From assembly GCA_965285935.1 (NCBI GenBank), contig OZ260661.1, forward strand, positions 127,534,001 to 127,598,000: DNA of 64,000 nt, read 5' to 3'. A program made the translations under genes and the position numbers. How positions within the stretch are numbered: position 1 is the stretch's first letter; each line of letters opens with the position of its first letter. Of the stretch, positions 26,831 through 41,785 are shown piece after piece. A model generated the notes under the pieces. That model searched no databases, was not told the origin of the DNA, and saw only the letters and a program-made list of their open reading frames with translations. Origin of the DNA: Ophelia neglecta. Taxonomy: Eukaryota.

Positions 26831-29069
26831 TTTATAATACTACTAATGCATGAGTCATTTATTGTAATTACAATGCAGATGCTATAAATGTGGGTAGCTG
26901 TTTAAAACCCAATTACTCGTTATATATTTCGTTTCAAGCATAACATGTGTAAACATGTGATATAAAATTTGGGTTAAGAAGTGTAGCAAGACGTGTGGAA
27001 ATGAATAAACTATAATTGATAGGTGATTTTTGTTTGTATTTTGTGTTTAGTATATACAAACAGCTTAACCATATTGCGTACTTATCGACGACCTTTAGTT
27101 GGCGAAGTTAATATCATTAAGTAGTTATTGAAAATAAATATGTTTAAACCAAGTAGTTTTGCTATCGATGCAACCAATTTGCGTGTTAACACGCTTTCCC
27201 TCTGGCAAGACCAAATTAATGGATGTTGTAGATAATCACCAATCTTATTGGTTGCGACATGACGACATTAGCAGAATACATAACACATGAATATGTAAGT
27301 TAGTGTATTAGTGTTAATGATAACAGAAGCGCAAGAAGGAAACACAAAAGATAGTACTAAATGATTAAACCGTACCCCTGCAAACCCATCAGGCAATGTC
27401 GGTTTAAATATATACCCGATTATTACATTTATTGCATTATTAACTAGGAAGCACACTGATTAACTTGAGCAATAATAATCTACCTATTTGTTTTGTTCTT
27501 TAATTTGCGCGGTCGAGCATTCAACATTTAATTGGCTTATTACGAAAACAACTATCATTATTTTAACAAACGCTGGTGTCACAGCAAGCGTTTGTCGTTA
27601 TATGTTTCTCAACAATTTCCTACTAGCACCGTTGATGCAAAATAAACAGTCCAAAAAACTGATTTAGATAATTAACTCGGATCCATTGAAGTGTTATTGC
27701 TTACTCATTCAGACCGAAGAAGACACTTGAGTTGTGCTTTTTAAAAATAATAAATTGGAAAACCTGGCTTATATAATGAATCCACCGTTGGTCGAGAACG
27801 AAGGGCATTTCTTGTGTGCACATTGTTTCTAAGGCTGCCTACTGAGATGTGATCAAGTGATGCGTGTCAGCTATCAGAAAAGTATAAGCTTTCCTATGTA
27901 ATATTTCAAGGGTGGTAAACACTCAAGCCGCGTTTGTTAGTATCCTCGGTTTTATATTGGAGTAATATTAAATGGCCTCGAGTTTTTTCATTAATAGCCA
28001 TATTAATTTAGATAAATATACAATTGCTTTACTATAGAGTACTTTGTCCGGTCAATATTTTTAGGAAACTTCTTGTAACTAATGATTCTTACTATAAGTT
28101 ACGATTATCTACTTACAACAATCATGTGAAACAATAAAATTTATAAGAAAGGGAAGGTACACGCTCTTTTACAGGTAGCTACACATAACTGATATTATAA
28201 GGACATTCAACGTTTGCCAGGTTTGATTAACCTATGAAGTAAACGTATAATACACAATTTGTAACACATATCACCCTAATCTGTTACTGTTATCATTCTT
28301 GCCTTTGGAGATACATTACACGAAGAAGCGAGAAGATGCTCACCGCTTTTGACTTTGGTCTCGCTTTGTTTTTTTTTCATGTGAATGTTAAATACTCATC
28401 TATCCCGCCTTATATTTTAAAGTCAGACGAGAAGATACCCACCTGTCTCTTTTTTACCTTATTCAAACACTATAAATTCTATAATATCCTCATCTGTCTC
28501 AAAGGTGACACTAATGTACGAGAATCTACGCACCTTTCCCTAGTTTATCACATGTTCACTGAAAACAATTCGTACCGGTCTTAAATTTGTCAAGGAAAAG
28601 GTTCCCACCTGTCTCGCTAACTACCCAACCTATGTCTTGGGGGTAGGTATCCTAATATTTTTCACGAATGCTGCGGAACGCCATCTGCACATAGGTTGTA
28701 TATGTTCATATAGTACCTCATGTTCGGCAGAACAACTGGGTGAACAATTCTTATACTATGAAATGTAAATCCTGGAGCCGATGGGTTATGCCTCGTTGTG
28801 TGCCCCGAGATACATATGATAAGTCTCCGGTATGATTCTTAAAATTACGGACAGTGATAGCTATATTGATTGCATTTGCCTTATTTACGACAAGTTTGAT
28901 TTTTTAGATAGATATGTGTAGTTTTATTGGACTTTGGCTTCTGGCACTTGTACCAAAATATTTTATATACAAATTATATATTTCTTCCGGTTGGCACTTT
29001 ACATTACAAAATCAGTTTAGTTTAATTTACATAGATCTACAGCGCTTTAATTTAACAAATTATATGAAC

Positions 29070-30700
29070 AGGTTCTATTTACAGCAAGCATAGCCCACTG
29101 CACAGGCTGCCAACCGCCACAACACCTGTGCAGCCTATAGCCCAACTGGCCACCATCACATACTACTAGATGACATTAGAGCCACAAAATATTCCTCATT
29201 TTCAATAACTTCTACATTCAAAGTGTTTTTACAGAACAAACAATGTCGAAGAATCCTATCAAATCCCTGATATCGCCCTTCATATATCATATGACTATGG
29301 TCACAACATCTCAATTTTGCCATTTTCAAATCCATGAAATCCTGAAACCTTTTACTTCAGATCTTTGAAAAAGTCATGCGTGCCATAATTTGATTATTCC
29401 ATACCTTTTCAAACCCATACCAAAATAGTATGTGTCTAACACTAGAACACCAATTATTTTGTTCAGCATCATCCATACCTTTTTGCATTAAATAACAACT
29501 GTTCAGAGGTGACAAGTTTTACCCAATACTTTAGAACTCTATATATACTTTCAACTTTTAATGAAAGTCGTCCACACGCTCCAAGCGCAGCCGCATTAGA
29601 AGTTTATGAAGACAGACCAAGCACATATTTACAATATCTGCACATCTTCAATACATTGGTGCCAGTTATCCCCCCCATATTATTGACTCGTACAATAATA
29701 TAGGTTTAACAGATTTGTCAAATAAATCCAGTAAAATACTAGGACTTAGTCCTCCACACTTTCTCGACACCGGATTCATGAAAAATACCTTCTGACCCTG
29801 TGCTGCTAAAGCTTTCTGAGCTAGGGTCCAGCTAAGTTTTGGGGTTATAACGAGGCCAAGGTATTGATACATGCTAACATATTATATAGGACCATCCCTA
29901 TAGTACCACTTCATTTTTCTTTAACGTCCCACCTCTTCGAAACACCATAACATTAGTCTTAGATGGATGAACATTGATCCCAAAATTATGACAAAACTCG
30001 GAAAATACATCCATCTAACTGCATCCTGCATACACTATCTGAGCACTTGGCAATAGCATCAGCTTACATTAACATCATATTATTGTTATGAACTTCATTG
30101 ATAAACACTCCCCGACAGTGATGACATTGCACAACTGAGTGAGCATGCCAACATACATTATGAAAACACGAGCTCAAATCGCAGCCCTGTCTGAACCCAC
30201 ACAACTCCCAAAAAACTCTGATAAGCCCCTATCAGCAAGAACAAATGACTCCAGCTGACGGCACATAGACTGCCTTACCCTAAGCTGACTGCCATGTAAA
30301 CCCTTATACATCATAAAATACCAGAAACAGTTATGTTGCACAGATTTAAAAGCTCTGCTAAAATCCGCATACAAACAATGAAATCTCTTTTTAGAAATGT
30401 ACTTGTTGACAATGACCTGTAGGTTGAAAATTTAATCTCTAGTTGATCAGCCACGCCGAAAACCCAGGCTGTTCTTCATACAATAATTTATTATCTTCAG
30501 CCCAGTTTACTAGCCTAGCACTGACATATTAAGTGGATATTTTACTGATGACTGACAGTAGACCAAATACCGCGGAAATTGCCAGGATCATTGACAGAAA
30601 TCTTCTTATGCAAGGGGATTGTCATAGCTTGGCACCATTTTCTAGGATAAACACCCATTTTTTAATCTTTAAGTTAAGCAACCCCGTAAGAACAATCAGA
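29070..30700 (-). mobile_element. Degenerate 5'-truncated LINE (RT remnant, probably RTE/RTE-X-like)
   Basis: Broken minus-strand frames encode RT-like motifs: ISLLSVISKI, GFRRG, YADFSRAFKSVQH (typical DF.KAFD.V), YQYLGLVITPKLSW and LFDKSVKPILLY. There are many stops and frameshifts. A 3' hairpin CTGCACAGG...CCTGTGCAG lies at about 29098-29133. The clade call is tentative. Confidence 0.8.
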
Positions 30701-33299
30701 CTTATCATGCTCAAGTCTGTCTATTGCATAATTTATTAACTGCAGAATCATACTGTTATCTATACATCACGGAACTAGCCCCTCAAAGCTATTAAAATAA
30801 AACTCGTGATTGGCAAAGCATGCGACTCAATTATGCGCCCGAGTACAGTGACATGTACAAGTCAAGACTTGTCGCCCTTAGGAACGTAAGAAAAGAAAAT
30901 ACTACAACAAGGAGCTGCTTCATATATACAGGTATACTGTGAGCTGTGTTATATAATAAACATTTAACATATATTCAACAAATTCTAGTCTCCCTTACCT
31001 GGCAATCGGCTATTCTTATTTTCGCCCCATAATTTAATAAGTTTTATAAAGATAATAGGTTTTGTTTGACTGCGTGATGATGCACATTAAGTATACATTA
31101 ACCAATGCCGAAAAGACATCCGATCCCATCCAGGATTTCAAGCCAATAAATGCATTAATGACACCCATAGTTTTCAACAATTTACATTCATACAACATCT
31201 TTTTCAAAGGCCCTTATCAACAGTCTATCTTTATAAATGCAGATATAAACTAACCAGCACACTGATGCATGTGCTTATTTAGCAACTCTGTGGTATTAAT
31301 GAGAGGGATACTCACTTTAGAGTTTTTTTTTAACAATGTTAAGCTTGATACACTACTGAGAATGACCATGGGGGACAAATAACATGCTATTAAATCTTCT
31401 TCTACTTCAAATAGAAAAATAACATGTGTCAACTTGATGTTCCATTTGGACGTTCCATTTATTCAAATTATGTTTTAAAATGTGCTGTGTCCGTTTCGCT
31501 GCATGGTCTATCATAGCAGCTCTCTGTGTGCCGCGGTCATGACACTTATGACATTAATTACTGAGTTTGCACGAAGGACTCTAAATATGCAGATCTCGTT
31601 CGCCCCATAACTTTCTTTAAAAGTCGAAACAATGTATTCATAACATTCATAGATATGGGAATTTATTCTCTTGCTCTACCACCCACATTACAAAGCAGGA
31701 TTTTACGCTTATATTATTGCCACAGTCAAGGCTTCAGTGGGTAGAACTCATTGCGTATATGGAGAAAATAACAAAAGAAAAAACCCGCAGATTCACATTC
31801 AAATTAAGATTCTGAGATATTATTTGTCGCATTATAACATTACATTATACAATACATAGTAATAAAAATAAAGATAAAGGGAAAGGAGACTTCCACTTGA
31901 GATATAATAAGAAATGGCTATTGTGAGTTTAAAACCGCATATACTTTCACAGCTATATGTGTACTTAGTTCCTTTAACGACTCTGTTTATCTGCTGTGCG
32001 CACTCTGCCAGCGCGTAATGAAAGCAAGGCATGAGTCCATACCCAATGTGCGTGAACCATCTGCTCTCCTGCTAAGGAAGTTCGTGTTAACGGATCAAGT
32101 AGGAAACTCCATCAATCTTCCTCACGCTCATTCCACGTCCGCGTGGACTACAAGGCGTCTACATAAAACACCCACACATACAGTATTCTAAATGTCAGTA
32201 TTGTCAGCACAAAGAGTCTATAACCACACGACCCAGTGCGATCAAATATGGCAACATCAAACGCCAATCTCTGCAATTGAATACTTTTTTTCTTTATTAA
32301 TTAAAATTATTTAGTAACCACCCGCCCCCCCCCCCTCCTCCTCCTCCCCCGACCCATCCCCGCCTCTCCCGTATGAAAGGCTAGTACCTTGGTATTTCTC
32401 TTTATCATAATATATGTGTGAGCTGCGTTATTACTAACACCGGATACTTGGAGCAAAATGTCGTTCATGGATCGACCTATAATTGACCAATACATGGACA
32501 ATGTTATAACCAAATTTTCCCGCGGTTCTACGACAATGACATTAGTATGACGCCTTAATACTCATATCATGAACGGCAGATGGCTCGTCTAGTGTGAGTA
32601 AAGATATTTTACCCAATGGGAATATTACTCATTACTGTAATAGTTCCCCCGAGGCTCCGGGTATGAGCAGTCTGCTGCAAATGGCGTTTGCTGCAATCGA
32701 TAGTTTGAAAAGGTCCCACTGCTGTGCCAAGGAGCGAGAGTTGTGACACATTCACGGGATGAGCAAAGCATACTGTTGTATTTTAAGATCCAAGACACCA
32801 TGCACTTTAACCTAATTGTATACAATTTTCGTTTCATCGATGTATAGCCCATTCCCTTCATTCCTATGCCTTTCAGGATGCAAATGCGGACAGCCTTGCG
32901 AGGTAGAAATATGCAGACTTCCAAGAGGTCAACTAAATACTGTACAATTTTCATATCATCTTCGCTTTCATTAGTATATAATAATAGGCAATGCAAATCG
33001 CTATCTAGAAAGAAGATATATGTAACAATATAATTATAATAATAGTATTGATAATAGAATAATAACTTTGCTTATAAATATGAGATAAATTTAATATAAT
33101 AACCTAGCCACTTTACATAGCAAAATATAACTGACATTCAAACTGACTAAAATAAAATCATACCTATACTTTTGAAAATTTATGAAGTTATGAAATGGAT
33201 ATGTGACCTAAGTCCGTTAGCCATGTGTGGCAGCCAACCCCGGTCAGAACAATTTCGATGTTACGCCTGCAGCGATCTGCTTGTTGTAAACTTGTTGAG

Positions 33300-33420
33300 C
33301 TGGATATTGATTTATTGTGTGTTGCAGGTGCTGCTGGTTCCTGATGAGTACTGGCCGCTTTAATGGACTGTTCTTGAACAACGCTTTGGTATTGTCCGAC
33401 GGGTATCCCCTCCCGTTTTG
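33300..33420 (+). repeat. Repeat family A, copy 6
   Basis: GGTGCTGCTGGTTCCTGATG...TTAATGGACTGTTCTTGAACAACGCTTTGG...GGGTATCCCCTCCCGTTT, matching copies 1 and 5. Confidence 0.65.
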
Positions 33421-36400
33421 TTACCTGGTATCGATGGTATCTAATATATGGATTTCATTTGGATATGAGATAGGTATATGATCCTAGATCTGTCCCTGGC
33501 CATGTGAAGCAATTCGTTGAAGAAGCTTCTTTTCGAACCCAAGAACCGGACACTACAGCATAAGATTAGATAGATTATCCCCAACTAGAAAGCACGTCGA
33601 AAAATTAATTCTTTGCACCTGAAAAGCGTTCGCCCTCGTACGAGTATAGCAATGAAGTGCATGTCGTCTGCCTTAGTATCTGAGACATTAAAATAGCTGG
33701 TATGGAACTTGTAGAGTTGCACAAGGCAAGCTGGTTTTAGAGGGTATTACCAACTCTGAGCAAGTAAAAAATGCAGCATTCTAGTTCTTATCTAAAATCC
33801 GACATTTCCAATAAGTTTAGCATAATTGGATAAAATCGCTATTTGGAAGAAATTGCTTCGGTCTGGATAACCAACAGCCACAAGACGTGTTTAGATTCTA
33901 ATAGAGATTATTAACGTATATCCGAAAGGATTCTGAATTTCCATCGACCGAGAATAATCTAGCCCACTAATTCTTTTAAAGAATCCATTATTATTGCTGG
34001 TAAGTGGTACAAATTTCCAATATCATAGATATACAAAAAAGAAAATGTTAATGGTAAACAAATGGATTAGTGGAGTTCTAAAATGGGTTGGTGGGATTCT
34101 TATGGTTGCATACTTTCTGTGTGGAATCTCCCGTGCTCTGTTATTGCAGTGGTTGGAAGAAACTTTTCTCGACGTCGGTTCTTTTTCCCATATTGCTGGT
34201 TTTGGTTTCTGTGATGTACCTATCTTTGACAGCTGATGCTTCCAGTTATTTCTGGTCCTGCAGCGCGGTTGAAATCCGAGTTATGGCTCTTAAGATTTGT
34301 TTGCCTTCGAACAGTCGTTGTATCTGCCCCCATTAGTCATCTGGATTTATAATTTCCACGAACATGGCATGACATGCACATATTGGCTCATTTATAGGGA
34401 TACCAAAGCTAGTTATTGTAAATTGGAAGAGACATTTTAAGTATAATTCTGCAATATGCAATATATTTTTAATGTGACTAGGACACAACTACCCATTGAA
34501 TTACTAATTCAAAAATAGAATCAATGCATCAATATACAAGAATTTTAGCAAATACACCTATATTTATATTTTTCGGATTCATCAATAAAAGTATTTCATC
34601 AATTAACTGCGTTCCCTATATGGAACAACTAAAATATTTTATGCGGCTCCAGATACAAAATCGCAAGTTTGTCCCTCTTTATGTCAGCATAATTTAATAT
34701 ATCATTTAATATACTGGAGAGCAAGAATGTTTAATTTGTATGGGCAGGGCTAGGGGTTTGTTTGATGTATGTGGGTGTGTGTTTATGGTGGTGTGGGCTT
34801 ATATTGTAGTAATGCATCCAATGACAATGGTTATCATGAAGAAAAAAGAAAATTAACGGTTGTAGCTGGTTTGATAATCATACTATTTCATTCCTTAGAT
34901 TGTCACAACAAACTACTCGTCCAAAGAACGGAAGACAACACCTGACCCCTGTTCACTGAAACACCGGATGTGCCTGGGATGTGACCATTAAAAAATCGTC
35001 GAATTAACAATATGCTTTGAAGTTACCAATATTTTAGCAGATAACACGAAAGTAAGCAATTAAGCTGATTGAAACCAGTTTTTAATCTGCAAAAGGTGTA
35101 AAGTGCCTGCATATGTAGGTAATCAAGGTAAACTGAATAAAGTTGGATTGCATATATTCCGGCATAACATATTCCTACCATTTCTGGCTTAACATATTTC
35201 TTACATTTCGTGAGACGCGTGTGGGTAATTGTTGATATTCACCGTTGCAGCTCATCGGCCAATAGTTTAATAAAGTTGAACACAACCTCGTGTGCAATTC
35301 CAGACCCAGAAATTCTGTACTCACTCAATATTTGTCAATACAAAAACGTTTCTGAAATAGTCACTGCCTTCCCTATTTCTGCACTATGGTCATGGCTCTT
35401 AATATCATATGCTTATATAAGGAATAAATTCCTTCATAACTACCTGTCATAGATTTCGGTACTTGCGGGAACCTGTTTTGGGAGGTCAATTCTTAGGTAG
35501 TGAATTTCATGGAGTATGATAATTTACAAAAACCCAAACAAAATAACATGGATGGTATTAATTTATATATTTGACCTCCGCTTTCCTAAGAGCATAAGAA
35601 AAAACGTACAAAGTATGCGACATAAACATACGCATACATTGTGCAAAAAAAGATGCATGGATACAATTGTGAGAAAGGTCTTGTGTCACTACAAAATATG
35701 GAATGCCCACCGAAATTTCCAACACCATTACAACAAGCTATAATAAGCCTATGTTTTATACACATGTTCTTTTCGCAATAAAGAAAACTGAGCAACATTG
35801 AGCTCCGATATGGATATTTAGTGTGAGACGTTAATTCGTTCTGTTGTCATGATCCACTCTTATTTCCTTCGGATAATAACTTGACCAAGGCCTTTCTTAT
35901 GTTTCGTAATATGATATATTATTGTTCGAAAATGGTCGAAAATGCCTCAATTAATCAATAAACTGCAACTTATGGGACACTGGATGCGGATTGAATGAAT
36001 GATTAGCTGCTCTCCTGATGCTGTAGATTACTTCAGTAAGGGTATTGTGCTGTAATGTTTGGCATCCTGCGGTGATCTGCACTTGATGGCCCCTGGTGAA
36101 CTTTGAGGTGAATTTGTTAGTTTTATTACTACTGTCGTTACATCTAATTACAATTAGGGAAATGGTGATGGATATTGGTGGTCCTGCTCAAATTAATTGA
36201 TCATTCCTGATCAATGATTTGACTTTGTCTTCTTGTTGACGACCCCCGTTTATGCCAGCCTTATGGAGTATTCATGAACGCGGTTTTGGGGTGTTGTCCA
36301 CTAGGAATCTATCACTGTTTTGCTTCTAAACCAAATGCAACGTACTTGAATTAAGATGGCTATCGTGCAAACATATAAACGAAATTAAATATTTGGTGAA

Positions 36401-38008
36401 AGTAGTATTTTCAAGATTTTTTTGTTTCCAGTTTCTTAAAGGTGACTTTTAATTCAAGGATATACACGCTCATACATTGCTGGAACAATAAAAGTTGGCG
36501 CGTCACAAAAGTTACAAGAAATGGGAAACTATTTTAAAATATAAATGTTGAAAGAACCTATAAAATAAAAATTAAAAATTATCAATCGGCTAAATGGTTA
36601 ATATTGGCGTATTCTTTATTTGCTGAATACTTTTATCCATTCATCATCCGTAATCGCTACTTATAAGTTTCAAGGAATAGAAACAACATGATTAACAGCT
36701 AATTGTTTGATATCTTTGGCTTGTCGTACATTTCAAGTACGGGCATCAGGGTAGTTACACAGAAAAAAAGATTCAAAAGGAAATTCTCTTGCCAATATAT
36801 GAGACCTCCGGTTTTGCTGACGGCACCAAATGGTGATGATCACGTGCCACGAAATCATTATCGATGCCAAGTTTCGCATTTATTCAAATAACTCAAAGGA
36901 AGGAAAGCGTTTCTATAGGAAAACAGAGAATAAATTGTAATTATATGTTTGGTAAAACAGTCAAGGGAATGGCAATCAAATGGTTTTTCACTCCTTTTTT
37001 TGGCTGCTTTTTGCATAAATATGATGTTGGCCGTTATGTTCTACCAGTTACTGTCCAATTGAAGACAGGTACGGGCACATTAAACGCATCCGATTCCATA
37101 TACGGACTTTGTTGGTATTGATATGTGCAGATATATATGCATATCTGCCATATCTAATTCTAAACAGATTGAATGTTTATTTCTCTTCAAAAACTCCACT
37201 TGCATTACGTTCTTGTCTGGATTGCCCTAAATGATGATGCTAGCTGTTGCTAGCGGCAATTTGACCGCTCTAATATTCAGCTATGCCAAATCAATAATTG
37301 TAACTGCTAACAAGCTATCGGCCTCAATTGGAATGATATAAGTAGTGTTTATTACTAGCGAGAAAATCGTTGAATTATGCTAAATTGCTAGTAAATGTAC
37401 GATAGTCACCTACAATATAAAATATAATCTGTTAGTAAACATACTTCTTTCGAAATACTGTTGACAATAAGTAGTACAAAAACAAGATAAGGCCAGTCTT
37501 ATTTATTGATGACAGCACAATATATTAAGCAGAAATTTAATTCGGAGTATTGTTTAAAAGGTTTATGAAAACGTGCGAGTTTTGTAAACTTTTTACTATT
37601 TCTAATTGCAAGCTATGTTATTTTTATTTGTGCATTATCTTTAATATGCGTACGATCTTGTTGTTCGTTATACGAATGGTTATTGATGTACTGTGAGACT
37701 AAAATCGACGAACCCAGACGTACTTTGCGGTGCTCCTATTAATCACAGAGGTTTTTAAAATTTTGGAACACATACATCTTTCCACGCTTTATTAATCAAC
37801 ATATCTTGACAATCACGGAACAATGCTTTATAAGCGAATTAAGTTTGATTACCTGCATGATACATTACTATTACTTTCGATATGAAGAACTAAACTGTCC
37901 AAACTCAATAAAATTAACATATTTGATTCATTATCTGAAATAACGAACTACATTTATCATCATTAGTGTATCAAAAGCAATCTTTGTAGTTGTTGGTGTG
38001 TGGAAGAG

Positions 38009-38102
38009 AGATAGCTCATGCTGTTCGATGACACATCCGGACACTAATCTTTGACAGATAGCTCATGCTGTTCGATGACACATCCGGACACTAATCTTTG
38101 AC
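38009..38102. repeat. Perfect 47-bp tandem duplication
   Basis: AGATAGCTCATGCTGTTCGATGACACATCCGGACACTAATCTTTGAC occurs at 38009-38055 and 38056-38102. Confidence 0.97.
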
Positions 38103-40420
38103 TAAAGACTGACGGAAAACAAAATTGTCAGCGAAGGCCCTACCATAAGCATAAAATGATGCCAGTTTTTTTTAAAGGCCAAACTAATCAATGTGCTAGA
38201 ATACTTCCGTTTAAGCTTCTTTATAAATTATGACCTATTTAATTCTTAATTCCCGATGATTGATATTTTTTTTCTGCCGGGTATCCGCACCCATTGTAGT
38301 TTCAGTCAAATAGCGTGAGAGGTAGCATCATGGCATGTTTTTGGATTGATGACCGATACTCTCCGATGTCCGTGTTGGCCGTCATAGCTATCCGAGTGCG
38401 ACAAACACTGACTATGTGTGCGTGTGGTTCATTGTACTTGTCGTTTATAACTGCGTAGTGGTCTCTGCATCATTAACTTGATCAAAATATCTGCAGTTAA
38501 TTGGCATAAATATGTGCCTATCACAACCGCTACAGATGCATTGGAGCACGCATAGGTGTCGGCATACATCTTGTTCTACATTAATATAACAAGTGGCGGC
38601 TTTTGCTGCATTAAGTAAAATTACTTCAAACGCCTGACCCAGAGTAACTGTTTGTCAGTTTAGTCTTCAGTGTTCTATCGGTCTGCCTGCACTGATATGA
38701 ATTTAAATAGATCGTCTGTTCATACAATTTGGGAATGTTCGCATGACTTTGAGCTTAACCCAATACTTTGGCATAGATATTTGGCATGTTAAAATATGTG
38801 GTAAACATTTAGGCATAAAGTCGGGTAATGGGATTCATAAATCTAAAGGCGACAATGAAGGAACAAAAATCATTATTGGTACAGTGCAGGTTTGACATTT
38901 AGTAATTTTTCTTGTTTTAGTTTCCCTGGTCACATCTAACAGCAAAATCTCAATATGTACCAACATCTTTATTTATCAAATGTAGGTATTACCTTTATAG
39001 CTATAAGCAAAAAAATTAAAGTGGCGTAAAAAAGGCTAACACCTATCAGTAACAAGAGGAATATGAATATGCATGGGAACGGGCTTACAAAGCTTAAAAA
39101 ATATAATGACGCAGAAAATTGCGAGCATTTCTAATAATACATCTTTATTGAGCTCCTTAACATTATAAATGCGTGGCCTTCAGAGAAAGAAAAAACACTG
39201 TACGGTATAAGCGGAGGCCGTGAAATCGCTGTCACATTACCTTTTCGCACATACTTAACAGCGTTGCCCAGCACATATATAATTATATCACAAGCTGTCT
39301 ATGTGCCATCTGCTAAAATAAGGTACATTTAGAGTAAGAACAATTGGCTTATCCTAGGTTTGTACAAACAAAGAGGTATAATGTGCATACAGGTTCGCAA
39401 GGTTCCCACATACCTATCGATACATGGCATAAGGACTGAGCGGAAACAATATGCAAGTACAGTATGCGCCTGCTATCTGATATAGGAAATTAATAGCTTG
39501 TTTTTATAGACGTATTAAAATGCACATAATTGTCAGGAGATTTTAAATGTTTTACCATTTAACAAATAAAAATCAGACCTTTGCGATTAGAAACGTGTAG
39601 AGATACATGTAAATATTTGAAATTTCGTTTATGCTTTAATGTTTGAGCCTGATGTTCAAGGGACCTTTTTTGGGATGGAATAGAGCATTTCCTTGAATGA
39701 TTCCACCGCCGTGAGAGATTTACAATCAGTCAGATGTATTGCCACTCATCTCATGTTACTTCATACCTGTCAAACTTGTATGAACACCGATAAAAAGAAC
39801 CAGCACCGAAGTATTGCTGACAAAAATGCCAAACCTGCCAATATCTGAGAACTAAGCATACACATGAAAAAGCAATTCGTTAGTTGCCATTAGTTTTCCA
39901 AACATTCATGTAAATATACATACGAATATCGGTTATCCTCACAGAAACGACACCAAACAGTAACCTCGCCGTATTGTATAATAAGGTTGTCAAACAAAGT
40001 AATAAATACAAATTCTTTGCTTTTATTTTCGTAAACAATATGGTATTTGTCCGAATAGCGGGTATGTTTCTTATTGTATAATGTATTGGTTTCTTTTCAA
40101 GAATAGAGTTTTAAATCCTGTTTGCAGTCAGGGAAAAACTCAAGTGGATATCCGGCAGAAAGTCAAAATCATTGATAAGGAATAGTCCATTAACTAGACC
40201 TGCAATTACCAGTAACCGTCTGCTGCAGGCCCAAAAACTCGCGGCTTCCTAACATGATGCATCGTTTTCCATTCCTGAAGGATGGGTTTACCGCGCCTGT
40301 TACATAGTTAGTGACTCTAAAATACTCTAAACCTATCATACTGATCAGACAATGAATACGAAATGAGATTAAGGACAATGACCTACGGGAACTATTTGCT
40401 TTAACATGTACCGTCATTTC

Positions 40421-40493
40421 ATATGCTTAATTAAACATTTTTTAGTTCTTTGCATATAGACTTGTTGTAACATTATACGCCAATTCAGAATCA
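40421..40493 (+). repeat. About 73-bp segment duplicated at 41716-41788
   Basis: ATATGCTTAATTAAACATTTT...TAGTTC.TTGC.TATAGACT...TGTAACATTATA.GCCAAT.CAGAATCA occurs at both sites with a few mismatches. Confidence 0.85.
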
Positions 40494-41785
40494 CCAATGG
40501 TATTACTTTTAATTTAGATAATAGACAGTGATATTTTGACTTCTACAACAGCAAGACACAAAGCGTCTAATTCAGATGCTAGTAGAAATAATATATGACC
40601 TTCGCCATTACTTCGCCTGTGTGATGTATCCATGGTATCGTGGTTTTAAGCCTTACTCGCTGGCTTTAGTATAGTGCCTACATTGTATATTAACTAGTAA
40701 ATACTTTGAACAATAATATTGGAATAGTTAATGCCTTATGAAACATGTTATATGGGGGAAATATTTATTTAGATAAATATGTACACTAACGGGCTTCTCA
40801 AAGAGCGGCAATGCACTGAAAAATGGATCCGAATTAGAATTAATTGTGGGGCTTGTTGTATCATATCACCTAAATGTCGTTTCTATTTCAATCTTATCAT
40901 GGCGTTACAGTCGTTAGCTGGGAGTCGAGGTTCATCCGAGTTCATTGCTACTCAAGCCAATAAATGTAAATAATAACTTCAATTACTCCACTCAATTCAT
41001 CGTTATCAGTGTGTCACGCCTGGCGCCTCCATGATTGAATCGCAATTAACCCGTGACTAACAATAAACCTTCTATATATCACCCTAGATCAACTCATCAC
41101 GTTGTTCCCTATCGATAGTTACCAAGTGCAAAAATGAAAGTATCCACACAAAGAAATGGGATTTATTTGTGTAACAGCCGAGCGCTTGATTTTAAATAAC
41201 AGTGTGCTCTCATGAGGATTAGGATATTGTTTGCAAAGCAATCCAAATATAATTGTGTTTAAATAAGTGTTTACCAATTTTTCCAAACGCTGACATAATA
41301 ATTGTAAAAGTTTATTGCGTTTCCCGACCAAGGACAATGCTACTTTCGGCAAAATGTTGAGAATAAATGATATCATACTTGGAACAAAGTTAACATGATT
41401 TCACCGAAATAATTGTATGTGTCTTTCTACTCAGATGTCTTAGTTATTCAACTAGTTAGTGGTGGTTGAGGGAGGAGGGGGGGGGGGGGGGGTCAGTCCA
41501 TAATTAATGGTTTCTTGTTATTTTGACCGACCTATGAGAGTATGAGAGCATTAATGATCGCCTATTTTGTTTTGTTAACTCCCCTCGAACAAAGTATATT
41601 CGGGATAAACTAAGGTCTGGAATGTCATATCATGGTGCAGTACAGTGTATGAATTCAGACCATGGGGGACAGTCATAGGCATATTCGTAAGATTTATTTA
41701 TCCTTTTTATTGTTTATATGCTTAATTAAACATTTTATAGTTCGTTGCTTATAGACTCTTTGTAACATTATATGCCAATGCAGAA

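Noticed and set aside
34050-34345. Coding-like minus-strand stretch
   Set aside because: Multiple stops and no recognisable homology, so it cannot be supported as a pseudogene.
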